Assembly (NCBI GenBank): GCA_016748015.1
Contig: JAAOMT010000386.1
Span: 133,746-162,972, forward strand
Length of the DNA: 29,227 nucleotides
Origin: Geosiphon pyriformis uo1
Taxonomy: Eukaryota; Fungi; Glomeromycota
Direction of reading: 5' to 3'
This document shows positions 12,901 to 25,070 of the stretch, piece after piece; positions within the stretch are counted from its first letter, which is position 1; each line of letters opens with the position of its first letter. The translations under genes and the position numbers were made by a program. The notes beneath the pieces were generated by a model. The model saw only the letters and a program-made list of their open reading frames with translations. It ran no database searches and was not told the DNA's origin.

Positions 12901-15334
12901 TTTAGATTTGTTATTAAAACTGACAAAATTAAATTTAATGCTAGTTTAATCTTTTATTTAGTAATTGGTGCTTTTGTGAATAATACAATTTAGATTGGTA
13001 AATATAAAATAACAATACAAAATATTTTGAATATTATTAATAAATTCTTTGATATTATAAATATTTTAATAAATATAAACAAAACAGTAGTTATTTTAAT
13101 TAATCCAAGAACCAATAATGTTTTTTTAAGTATAAATAAGTCTTTTATTTCAATTGCAAAAACTGGCAAAGCTTATTGGTATTTGGATATTTTTTTATTA
13201 ACTAAAAGTTTTTCTGGCTCAAGTTTGAAAAAAATAAATTTAGATATAAAGTTTTTTTATCTATAGTCTTATATAAAATTATATCAAAAAAACAGTTTTC
13301 TTATTTGGTTTTAGCTGTTTTACAGCTTATTTTTGAATATAAAATACAGTTTAGCTTTATTAGCAAAATTATATATGATAAGTAGAATTGTTTAACTAAA
13401 AAAATGTTAAAGTCTAAAGCTAATTTGTCTAAAAACTTTTTTAATGAAGCTATGTATTATTTATCTTTATATAATTTAAAGTCTTTTAATTAAATCTAAA
13501 CAGAAAAAAAAATGATATTAGTAATAAATTTTGTTAATATTAAAAATATTTTTGGCTGGCTTTTTAGACATAAATTATTGAATTTGTAAATCTTAAGTTG
13601 AATTTTTCAGAATTTTTTTCAGTTTTTTATTAAGTTGAAAATCAATTCTGTAAACAATTTTTTGGTTAATATTACTAAAATTTTTTGGCACAATAATATA
13701 TTTTTGTTTATTAATTTACTTAATGCTTTTTATTTTAAACATAATATTTCTATTTTAAATATTCTGAATCAGATAAATTATTTTCGAATTTTTAAATTTC
13801 TAAAATATTTTGGTATTATTTTTGCTAACCAACTTTTAAATAATTATGAAAAATATTTTGTTCGAAAATTTTTTATTAGTAAAAATAATTGGATCTCAAA
13901 GTTTAGTTCCCTCTTAGTTTATACAGATTTGATTTAATCTAAGATTTTTTATCTGTTTCTAAACACTTTTTTAAAATAAATATAATTAATACATATGATT
14001 TTAATATTGTTTGTTCTAATTAAAAGAATGTATTTTTGCTTGAAATCTCAATTTATACTAATAGTTTAGTTAAAAACTTTGGCTTTTTGGTGCTATAGAT
14101 AATATAACTGTCTATTTTTTTGATCTGAGTTTGTATATAAGTGTAGAAATTAATAAATTGTTGTCTTTAATTTTGGTTAAGATATAAATTATTGCTCTGA
14201 CTCTTAAGTGTGTTTCAATTTTATCTAAAGTTACAATTTATTCTGATAATTAGACTTTTTTGGATGTATGTTAAGCTAAATTAATATTAGTGATACTTAA
14301 TTTTTATAATAAATATTAGATAAAGCACTATCATATTAATAATTTGGTCAGAAATAAAGACATTTTTGTAAATTGGGCCAAGATAAAAAATTATTTGGAT
14401 GTATTAAACAATGAGCATATTAATAAGTTGGCAGATTAGACTATTTTTTTAGAGCTTGTTTTTTTGGTAAATATTAAAAAAAATTTTTTAATGGCTAATA
14501 ATAAAATAATGTTTAATAATATTTATTATTTTGTTAAAATTATAAATAATATTATAAGATATTTTCAATAAGAAGTTAGATTGAATTTTAATGTTATGCA
14601 TTTTTTGTATATTGGTAATATTAGTTAAAAACATACTGTTTTAGTTTGACATTCTGATTTTTATATGGCTATTGAATACATAAGCAAAGCCATTACTAAT
14701 TTATATATGTATTTAATAAAGATTTTACATAAAAAATTGCTAATAATAGTTAAAAAACACTTATATAATTACTAGTTATTCAAACATATTATATGTATAT
14801 TGTGATAAGATAGAGTTTTTAAATTATAGTTTTATTTACGGCTCAAATTTTTTAATTTATTAAAATTTATTAAATAAACATTTTACTTTTTACTAGTTTT
14901 TAACTAATACAAATTTGGCTTTATTCATAGTTCATTAGTCATTGATTTTATGTGTTTTTAATATTAATTTGTATATAATTTTGTATAAGAAATTTGTTTT
15001 TAAGAATTGGTTGATAAAAACTAAGCTTTTTTTAAAAATTACTAAGCTTATTATGTCTAAATTAGTTGAATTTGTTCAGAATTTAATTATTGATTATAAG
15101 AAGTAAATATAGATACCTAATTTGAAACTTAAAGCTAAAATAAATTATAAAAGTTTGTTAAATAAAAATAGTTTTATATTTGATATTATTTGTAGTTTTT
15201 CTATTAAAATTTTAAATAAAATTACTTATTTGTTAAAAATTGAAAAGAGTTATATTATTAGTTTTGAATTAAAAATAAGTTGTTTGTTTTTTACAGATAC
15301 AGTTAAAAAAGTTTTAATTAACATAGTTATATAG
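9900..15334 (+). pseudogene. LINE-B ORF2 relic (APE-RT-RNase H), split by the solo LTR
   Basis: ORF-track fragments 10184-10489, 13027-13266, 13635-13937 and 15122-15334 align with successive parts of LINE-A ORF2. Many stops are of the TGG>TAG/TAA/TGA and CAA>TAA type. Confidence 0.85.
10746..11524 (+). mobile_element. Solo LTR of a Ty3/Gypsy family related to element E
   Basis: Termini TGTTAT...GTAATA (decayed TGTTAC...GTAACA) with 4-bp TSD ATAA (10742-10745 / 11525-11528). Its 3' part aligns with the reverse complement of ~25071-25690. The LINE-B reading frame rejoins across it (KNFNN|YQ...FSKTWY). Confidence 0.85.
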
Positions 15335-15503
15335 TATTATTTTAATTAATCAGATAACTAGTTATATGTATTTTTTTTATTAATAATTAATAAGTAAAGC
15401 TTAACCACTATTTAGCATATAGAATCAAATTAAGTAATTCCAAATAAATGCAACTTATGTATTGGCTACATGTAACCAACTATTTGGGCCAAACAAAACA
15501 ATA

Positions 15504-18500
15504 CTATATATTTATATAAACACTAACATAATCACTTAAATCAGAAAAAAAAGTATATGACTTATGTTTACCAAAGCTAATAACAAAAGACTCAATAATA
15601 TTGAACAGATAAATTACTCCATTTGACAAACTTCTAGCCTAATTACAAGACAATTTAAACACCAAATTATTATTTCTTACCAAACTAGTTCTTTTTATAT
15701 TTACTTTATGCTTAAACTTTACAAACCAAATTTTAGAACAATGTTTTTTTACCAAATATTTCACAAATTTGACTATTATTACAACAATCTGTTTCTTTTT
15801 TTTAAGAACCACAACAGTCTTATTACACCAATGTTTTAATACAAAGCCTTTAAAAATTACTATGTACAATTTCACATTTAATAAGCACTCAAAAAGAGTT
15901 TTTAAAACAGTAAAAAAAGAGCCACAGATTTTAACTGACAAAATTTGAACGTTTGAAGTCTTTAACAAAATTTTTTTTTAAATGCCAGTATTATTAGCAT
16001 AAATGAAAAAATAATTTAACAACTCAATTTTTTCACAAAACAAACACAAAACTCCAGAATATAACTTATTATACAATTTTTTCTAAGTACTATTGGCAAA
16101 CATTTATGTATAGCTTTTATTAAATAGGTATGTATATTAGCCAATCTCTTGCTAATGAACTCAGACAGCATATGAAAATTAGGGTGCCAAACCTATATAG
16201 TAGATATCTAATTCACTTTATTAATTAAGGAATTAAGAAGAATGTTGTAACTAGGGCCAGTCTTTTACTGAGCATAATTAATTAATTTATAAACATTATA
16301 AACAAAATAATAAGTGTTGTCAAACATGACTATGTCTTTAGTTATAACAAAATATTCAATCACTCCAATTGACAAAGATAAAAAAGAAAAGACAATCACT
16401 TTTGCCAAAAAGTCAGTCTTAATATTGCCAGAAACATTCAAATAACTTTTAATTTTTATTTATTGAACTGAATGATGCTTAATTTTTATTAATTTAACAA
16501 TATGTTTTCTCTCCATTCAATATTGATTGTGAAAGTTTAGCTCAGTAAATTCAATCTTAAAAACATAAGCATTAATAGTAATCTGACTATTCAGATACAT
16601 TACTATTACACAAAAAAATGAAATCTACAATAAGAACAAAGCCATAATCTGCAGCTTGGTTATTATAGAAGACAGAAGTCTATAAATCACAATACTAACT
16701 CCCATATTCATCACAAAAAAATATGCTACAGCCTTATTAGCAACTTATGTTTTTTAGAGAACTATTTATATATACTTTAATAACATCTGATCAAATCTTA
16801 AACAAACTATTATGCACTTTAGAAAACCTAGCAGATTTTACAACATCTGCATCAAACAAACTATTAATCTCCAAAAAATTCAATTTCAAACAATTATTAT
16901 TATTCTTAAAGCTGAGTTAAACCAATGAAACACAGGACCTCTAAGATCTAATTTTTTCCAATATTAAAAAGTTTTTTAATTTATCACACTATTCTTCTTG
17001 TTCAGAAGTTTATTATTAAATATAATACTGAACTGCTTTGAAAAGTGCATTGAATCATAATACAAAAACCCACTCAGAATATTTAATATTAAAAACTTTC
17101 CCAGACTGCAGAATATATTAGGCAAAGTGTTTATAATAGATAACTTATTAAGTAAAAAAATCTTTATCATTTTAGCTAAAAATTGTTTACTAGACTAACA
17201 TACAATTTAACAAAAAATTGCAAAAAATCCAAGAAAGTTTTACCTTAAAATCTGCAAATCCAAAAACTTGTGTTCAAATAGATGCCCAAAAATACCAGAG
17301 GCATTAAAAAAATGACTAATGAAACTAACTTTCTCCTAACCTAAATTTGATCAAAAAATTTTAAATTATATTGAGATAGATAATATAAAGTTTTATTAAA
17401 AAAATTTCTTAGCAAATTGGCTTTTAGCTTGAGATTTTTCCTAACTATAGTATCCTATTTGTGACACATATTGGATAAAACAAAATTAAACTGTAATCAA
17501 TAGCCAATAATAGACTATAAAACTACTAACACTAAATATAAGAATTGTTTATTAGTAATTACTTTTTTCAACACCATATTAGAGAAAAACATAATATTAA
17601 AGTAAGTTTTAACCAAACTAAGTCTAAATAAATTTTTAATTGACAAAAAAATTTCCAAGTACCTATGTGGCTTACTATTTTTGACAATTGAAATTGGCAA
17701 ATCATTGATCTTCAAAATGATATCTTTAACTCTGTAATTAATAAAAATAGTCATTGTTAATTGAAATATTATTAATCAAAAAAATTTACTGGCAATGTTT
17801 AATATATATTGTGTAGATATCTGATTGTTTCCAATCCAAATAGTGTTATCAACAAAAGCACCAGCTACAAAAAAAAAAGTTTTTTTATTTTTGGCTTCAA
17901 TTTTATTTGTCTTAGCTATAAAGCTAATGTTAATATAATATCTACATAAATGTTTATATCTTTTTATTTTACACAAAAAGGAATCATAAAAAATTTTTCA
18001 AAGAAGAAAAGAGAATACTTTACTCTAATTCAGACTATTATGTACTTAATAACTACCAGAAAAACCAAAATCTGTCATTATTTTATTTATTTTATCTTCA
18101 TAAATAATACCAAAAAAACCAATAAACTTTTTTAAAACATCTTTAATCATAGACCTAACAGTAAAATAAGTAATTGTGTTAAAGTACTTTTTAAGACAGA
18201 AAAGTTGTCTTCATAAAACACACCAAAACAGCTGTAAACAAAAAAAATCTAATTTAAAAGAATCTTAGAAAAAATTTTCTTGGCTATTTTAATTAGAACA
18301 ATAGATCAAGTATTTGTTAAGATTTTATTCCAATTATAAGACTTAGAAATTATTGAAACTTATGTTTTTTTTTACCAAGCCAAAACTATATCTAAAGTCA
18401 AACATGTATTCAAAAGACCCAAAAGACATCTAAGCATATTATTACCATAATTTTTTTATTATTTATTAGAAATGCCACTTAAATCAACAGCTTTTTTATT

Positions 18501-20042
18501 TGGCAAATTTTTAATTATCTGTACCAACTTCTCAAAATTGATAATTTTTATAATATTTGAAAATACACTATTGTTTATATAATTTAAAAAAACATATTAA
18601 TTAGTCTAAAGTCCAAACAAAAACTTAAAAACCACATACTTTTTAATTTAACTCTCTATAATAATATTAATTTTAATCTTAATTTTTTTAGATTCCAAAA
18701 CCAGCTTATTATCAACCACCAAATAATCAAGTATTATCTTATAAAAAAACTTTTTTAATATACTCTTGATTATGTGTTTTTTATCTGAACAGAACTTTCC
18801 TATTTTTTTCTTAATTGCATACCTAATAGCAATATTTTTAAAAGTTTTAAATTCATGTATTTTGGACTTGAGATAAATTTTTTATATATCAGACAAGCAA
18901 TTAAAAATTTCTATTAATTTGGCACTATTTTGAATCAAGTTTTGTATCTTCAAAGCTTTGCTTTTATCAATAGTTAATCAAGTATAAAATAGAGATTCCA
19001 ACTTAAGCACATCTCTTGACCTTAGAGCTTTAGTTATCTTAGCAGTTAGCAGTTCTAATTTAAAAAATTTTGATGATGGTTTGTTCTTTAAACAATTAAA
19101 AATGTTTAAAAAAAATTTTGTCAGTCAAATTTACCATTATCTTTTTCAATACCTCCCATATTAAATCCAAATTTCTAGAAATCTCTGCCTTTATAAACAA
19201 ATCTGTCAAAGTTAACAATTTATTAGAAAAACACTTTTTAAAATAAGTCTATTTGATTTTATTTATGTTTTTTATTCTAAACTTCAGTGATTTTTGTTAG
19301 ATTGTTTTCTTATATTATTCAATTAAACATCCAAAAAACCACTCAAACCAATTAAAACTAAAACAACTTTGTAATTAATATTGAAAAATTCAGATGCAAA
19401 TTTAATTTTATGATTAACAATTACAAATAACAAATTTTTACTTACAAAAATGTAATCAATAATCTTCTTGACACTCTTTAAGTTGCTTCAAATAGAAGCA
19501 TTAATCAATGAATGTTCACTAAATACATTAACCAAACCCAAATCCAAACAAAACTTAAAACTTACACTTTTTTAAGATCTATTTTTGTTAAAATTTTTAC
19601 TCAAAATTACAAAACTGCTGAAGTTAATTGTTTTAGCTATAAAAAAATTAACTTCTAAAGCTAGACTAAACTTGATTTTAGCAAAAGCACTAGCATACAA
19701 ATTAAGAATTATAACCAAAAACTTGCTCTTAAAAAAAAGCTATATAGAAACAACATAATCAGAAACTTTCTCTATTTTAGAAACATGTTAAGCCAGAAAA
19801 TTGTTCATAATAATTATCACTTCAGTTTTAAAAAAGTTTTTATCTAAATCAGATATGAAAATCCACATTTTATCAAATTTGTTCACAATCTAAAGTTTAA
19901 TAATAAACCTTAACTTTGTTTTCATAATAATAAAAACTATATTATTTGAATTCATATATTAATAGACAATATTTTTCTGCTTAGCAGGGACATTAATATC
20001 TTTAACATTACATATAACAAACTTTCAAACAAGACTGGTTAT
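15504..20042 (-). pseudogene. LINE-C ORF2 relic (APE-RT-RNase H)
   Basis: GAFVDNTIWIG (~17830-17862), KPHRYLEIFLS and FKGFVLKHW match LINE-A ORF2. An internal deletion near 18130 removes the LQDM.KAYDSV RT motif. Stop TAG at 15504-15506. Confidence 0.85.
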
Positions 20043-21898
20043 TAAAAAAAAATTTTGATTCTAAAACAAGATTGTTTACTTTGGTTAAAAAACTTATAAC
20101 TATATCTAAAAAACTCATCAAACTGTCTTCCAATTTAGAAACTATAAACAAATCTAGAAACACTGTTTCTACAACAGTTTTACTATTAGTAAATACACCT
20201 AAACTCTTACTTATTATTATATTTGCTCTTTGATTCTATAATAAAATGATTACTAACAACTGATATTCAAAGCTAGTCTAGAAAACTATTGGTCTAAATA
20301 CATCAAATTTCTTAGCCAGCTTGTCAATTTGCTTTACAAGACTAGTGAAACTATATTCAAAAGTGACAAACTTATTATTTATATTGAAAAAATTTAGCAG
20401 AAAAACTGAAAACACTACATAAGAAATAAAACCACCAGCAATTTGAGTCTAAGTTTTTTTATTAAATAAAACCAGACAAGCAATTAGTGTCTGTTTTTTT
20501 CTATATATATTTATTAAACTTATTTAATTCTGAAAGATAACTAATTGTTTACTGTAATCACCCAAATTTTCATCCATTGAATATACACCAAAAATGTAAC
20601 TAAATTGTTTATATTAAGCACAATAGACTAAAGAAAGACTAATTTAGCACAAATTTACATTTTTGAAAACTGGAATAGAACTAATAGTAGTTTTTTTGGA
20701 TGCTTCATCAACAAAACAAACCATAACACATTTATTACACACATATAAACTAGAATTACAGCTGATAAAACAAGTTTTTCTACTGTATAAATTCAACAAA
20801 TTAAAAAATCATAGACAGTAATGCCAATTAGCAGAGTATACAACAAAGCTCAATGAAAATATTTTGAAACTTACAACTGTTTATTACTAACTGCCAAAAT
20901 TATATGCACAAAGTTTTTTTTTATAAGAATAGACTACTTAGATACAACCAAACTAGCAATATCTAATGATTTAAATTCTATTAAGATCTTTTGTCATAAA
21001 CTAATAAGCTGTATTTTAATTGAAATAATCTTATTAACTTTAGAAAAAACTGATTTTATTGTCAATTTAAAAAGATTTATTGGGATCTTCTTAATAATTA
21101 CTATCTAATTTGTATAGCTATTTGTTTTTCTTATATTATTATTAACTAAAATTTTCTTATTAATAGTCATCTTTCTAGCTTTTTTCAAACTCAACTCAGA
21201 TATAAAAAAAGATTTAATTATCTTTGAAAACTTTGAAGAAGTAAAAGCTCCTTCAAAACTATTTACACAATAGAAAATATTTTTTATATGTAATAATTTA
21301 TTATCATTAGTTTTGTCAGAAATGGTGGACAATTCAATATTTAATACAAATAATTTTGCCAAATTAAAACTCTATTTTTCTGACACATGTTATTTGATCA
21401 ATAAAAGTTGCTTAAAGTTATTGTACTTAGGTAATAAAAGCAATAAAATATTGTTATCATTGTTTAAATTCACAAATAAAAAAGTTTTTAGTAAGTAACC
21501 TAATACATATGTTTAAGTATAAGTTTTTTGTAATGTAATATTATCCATATTATTGTTGATCATTAAATTATCTAAATTTATATAGCTAATTTCTTCAGCA
21601 ACTATATTTTATATATTTTTTATATCTAATAAACTGTTGATACTATTGGTTTTTTTATTAAATTTGTTATCTTAAGACATTATAGAATTTTTATCAGAGA
21701 CACTAATATCTTAAAGACTTAAAAAACTAGTAAATAAGTTAATTATACTAATACTTACATTAGATTTTTTTAGTTTTTTATAAAATATACTGTAAGAATA
21801 AACACTCTTTACACATTTTTTCTTGGTACTTAAACAGATCATTAAACCAGCCAAACCCAAACCAAAACTATTAACAGAAAAACTTATCAGTTCTATTA
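20039..21898 (-). pseudogene. LINE-C ORF1 relic
   Basis: AKLFVLNIELSTI...FEGAFTSSKF (21105-21362) corresponds to KKSFTLDINLSAV...FGGATIPSKF of LINE-A ORF1. Confidence 0.8.
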
Positions 21899-22130
21899 TA
21901 ATAAAAAAAAATAAATTAAAAAAATAATTAAAGAAATACAAAAGAAAAAAAGAAAAAAAACTAATTAAATTTTTGATAAATCTTTACTTCTGTTGTAACC
22001 AAGAGACAATAAAAAAAAGAGTTAAAAAATTATTTGTTATATATAATAAGTACATAAATTATATTTAATTTAGAATTTTAAATAGTTATATTATATTAAA
22101 TAATAATTGAATTTTACTTGTAAATAAAAA

Positions 22131-23260
22131 AAAATTAATTTGTTTAATAAATTAAATTATTTTTTTATTGATTGTTAAAAATACAAAAAAAAATTTAAAT
22201 TAAAAGTATTATTATAATTATTTTGTTATTTAAAAATTCATAAAACTATAATATATGTTTTTTAAATAATAAAAATAATAAATTTTTTAATAAAAATAAA
22301 AATAATTAATTAATTATTTTGTAAAAAATATGAAGTATTAATATAAAAGTTATTAAACTTTAATATATAAATATGTTTAAAATAAAAAATTGTTAAATAC
22401 TTAAATAAAATAAAAACAAATAGTTTTTTTAATTTATATTGTTTAATATAAGTTTAAATTATTGTTTATTTATAAAAAATATGCAAATAATATTTTTGTT
22501 ACATATTTTAAGTTTTAATTAAATTATATTTAATTAAAAATAATATTATTAAATTTGTTTTATTTATAAATTAAATATATAACTTATTTAATAATTTTGA
22601 AATTAATATAAAGTTATATATATATGTAAAATATTAATAAAAATATATTTAATACTGGTTTAATTTTTTTTAATTTTAAAACCTACAATTATTTTTATTT
22701 AAAATAATAAAACAAATTTTATTCAATTTAAAATATATAAAACAATAATAATATTAATTTAAAAAAACAAAAATAATTTAAAAATTATATAATACATAAT
22801 TATTAAAAAAACAATTATATTATATAAACATATAACAAAAAGTAAAAACTTTAATTATTATAATAATTTAATAAGAGTTTATTATTTAAATAATAAATTT
22901 ATACTAATAAATTAAAAATCTAAAATATTATTAATATAAACCAAATATATATTAGTGCTTTATTTTTTCAAATTATAATAAATATACAAAACAATATAAT
23001 AAATATTGAAAATATTAAACTAAAATTAAGAAATATTAAAATTAAATATAAAAAATATGTGAAAAAACTAAATAAATTAAGTAAATTAAAAAAAAAGTTG
23101 AAAAAAAAAGATATAGATAAAAAGCAAAAAAAAATAGATAAAAAAGAAAAAAAATCTGAAAAAAGAAGTAAAAAAGCTAAAAAAAAGTAAAGATAAATAG
23201 AAGTTGCAAATAAAAAAACTACAAAATTTTTTAATAAAAATAACTAAGATAAATAAGAAC
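22131..23260. repeat. Right arm of inverted duplication
   Basis: Reverse-complement match to 1-850 and 7678-7775, with a few indels. It provides the empty site for LINE-A at ~22175-22195. Confidence 0.88.
22996..23260 (+). pseudogene. Decayed paralog of the coiled-coil gene at 1-207
   Basis: Follows the conserved upstream block at the equivalent position (CAAAACAAT-ATA vs CAAAACACC-ATG). It is A-rich where the intact copy is GA-rich, e.g. AAATATAAAAAATATGTG vs GAGTATAGGAGATGCGTG. End approximate. Confidence 0.6.
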
Positions 23261-23575
23261 TTTGTAATTTGTAATTTAAATATTAAAACAATATTTATGA
23301 TTTTAAGTAATAATTTTGATTTATGTATATTGTATTTATAATTTCAATGTTCTTAAATATTGTTTACTTATAAAATTTAAATATTTTCCAAAAAAACCAC
23401 ACTTTAGTATTGTATTTTTTAACTTAGATATATATATTAATATTGATAATTCTTAATTTTTAACAATTTGAATAATAAAAACTAACAAAACTAAGTTTTT
23501 ATATAAAAATTTTATTTAGTTATTCAATATTAAGTTAACTTATGTTGACTAGTTAGTGAGTTTTATTTATAAATC

Positions 23576-25070
23576 TTTTTTTTTATTAGAATTAAATGAG
23601 TATAGTCTAACTATCATCTAGAAATAAGAAACAAACTAAGTATTCTAGGACTAAATATAGTTTATATATTTACTACATGTAATCAGTTACTTAAGCCAGT
23701 TCAAATTATATTATATTGATACAACAAAAGAAAACTTACTCAAAGACAACATTTTTTGAACAATACCAAACAAAATAACACTATTAGGAATCAATTTAAC
23801 TAGTCATTTAGCTATTTTCATAAGATTAATTTTAATATAAACAGACTTATTAGTTTAAAGAAACATCAAATTAGAAAATATTATATTATTTATGTCAAAC
23901 AGATGCTCCGAATTACCAAATATATCCAAATCTTTTATGTAGCACTTTTTTTTTAAAAAAACCATCTTTCTTTTTAGCTTATTAACAGTTTTATTAAAAA
24001 AACCCATATGCACCAAAATCTTATTGATCCTAAGACCAAAAATACTACTTGAAATCAAGTTATTATTAACAAATTGTTTAAACACTTTTATCATGAAACC
24101 AACAGGCTTAACAATAGAGTTAACCAAATCAGAAAGCTTGGTCAACTTTAATTCAAAAGAGATTAACCAAGATAAGAACACAGAATTATTTGATGTAATA
24201 CTAGAAAAAGAAGCCATATTAACTAAAGTACCAAAAATCAAAGAAAACACAAGAACAGCAGCTTTGGCATAAAACTTATTACTAACACCATAAAAAATAA
24301 ACATTTTAAGAGTCTTAGAAAGAAGAGACAGAGACATTTTACAATTTAAAGCCAGATAATCTGAACTTTGGCATTAAAAACAATGCTGATTTCCAGAAGT
24401 TTTTTACCAGATATGGCACTTTCTCAGTATACCAGTTTTGATAATAGCAGAATCCAAATTAGCTTAAGAATCAAATATAACCAAGACAAACCAAGAATAA
24501 TAACCAAAATCAGGAAACTGAGAAATAAAACATGTCTGATTACTAATTTAAGAGATTATATCACTAATTTAAAAGACAGTACAATCAGAAAAAAAGGTAA
24601 CCAATTTGGTCTTAAACTATTATAAGACAAAATTTTCTTATTTTGATTAACAAAAAGAAGAATTCGAGCACTATTTTTGCCCACCAAAATCAACTAATGA
24701 ATAAGAATAGATACAGCAGTATTCAATTCTTTAAAATAGACAACCACATATTGTTAAACACCAATAAACTTCAGCACAACATGAGAAATTTTACCAAAAA
24801 CACTAAGAGCTGACTTAATATTGACAGCAAACATATCTAAAAGCACATCATATAGCACAACAACAGCAGAAGAAAAACCAAACTCAAAAACTACCAAAGA
24901 CTTGGCAATTTTAAGAGTAACAAGATAAATAGAACTTGTAAGCTCAACCAGAAATACAGCATTCAGAGAACTTTAAGAAGCAAACTCCATACAAAAAAGC
25001 TTTACATTGTTCTTTAAAACAGATTATGCATCCAAAAAACCATGTATAGACTAAAAAACAGTCTTAACAT
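23576..25070 (-). mobile_element. Element D: ORF1-only non-autonomous retroelement (HAL1-like), 5' part cut off by the Gypsy insertion
   Basis: T-tract tail at 23576-23593 and LINE-type 3' UTR at 23594-23710, directly preceded by an ORF1-like frame. No APE, RT or RNase H motifs are visible in between. Confidence 0.75.
23711..25070 (-). pseudogene. Element D ORF1-like protein relic
   Basis: SALSVFGKISHVVLKFIGV*QYVVVYF...LVGKNSARI aligns with LINE-A TAVSEFGEIKSIKIQLIGLWQKAIVEF...LIGKDLVRV. Knuckle CF*CQSSDYLALNC at 24341-24382 (H>Y). Helical C-terminus in ORF 23855-24337 continues to ...QKMLSLSKFSFVVSI* (stop 23711-23713). Confidence 0.8.

Larger units (their letters stand above)
15371..22035 (-). 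mobile_element. LINE-C: decayed full-length LINE inserted antisense into LINE-B's 3' UTR
   Basis: T-tract tail at 15371-15388, conserved 3' UTR, ORF2 and ORF1 relics, and TSD GTTATATGTA (15361-15370) / GTTATATATA (22036-22045). Confidence 0.9.
7950..22134 (+). mobile_element. LINE-B: heavily decayed full-length LINE, interrupted by a solo LTR and by LINE-C (5' boundary approximate)
   Basis: Colinear decayed homology to LINE-A ORF1 (KKFFTFNISL ~8533) and ORF2 (KITTYNIK ~9920, GAFVNNT 12967-12987, RNase H ~14050-14440, stop TAG 15332-15334). The 3' UTR is split between 15335-15370 and 22046-22125, followed by an A-tail to 22134. Confidence 0.88.

Noticed and set aside
8133-22035. Alternative genetic code or organellar origin for the AT-rich, stop-laden frames
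   Set aside because: All three stop types occur at positions of W, Q and R codons in LINE-A, and catalytic residues are also lost, which fits mutational decay.
1-23260. Inverted arms as terminal inverted repeats of one giant DNA transposon
   Set aside because: No transposase or recombinase lies between them, the interior is explained by retroelements, and the homology runs outward into gene sequence rather than ending at defined termini.
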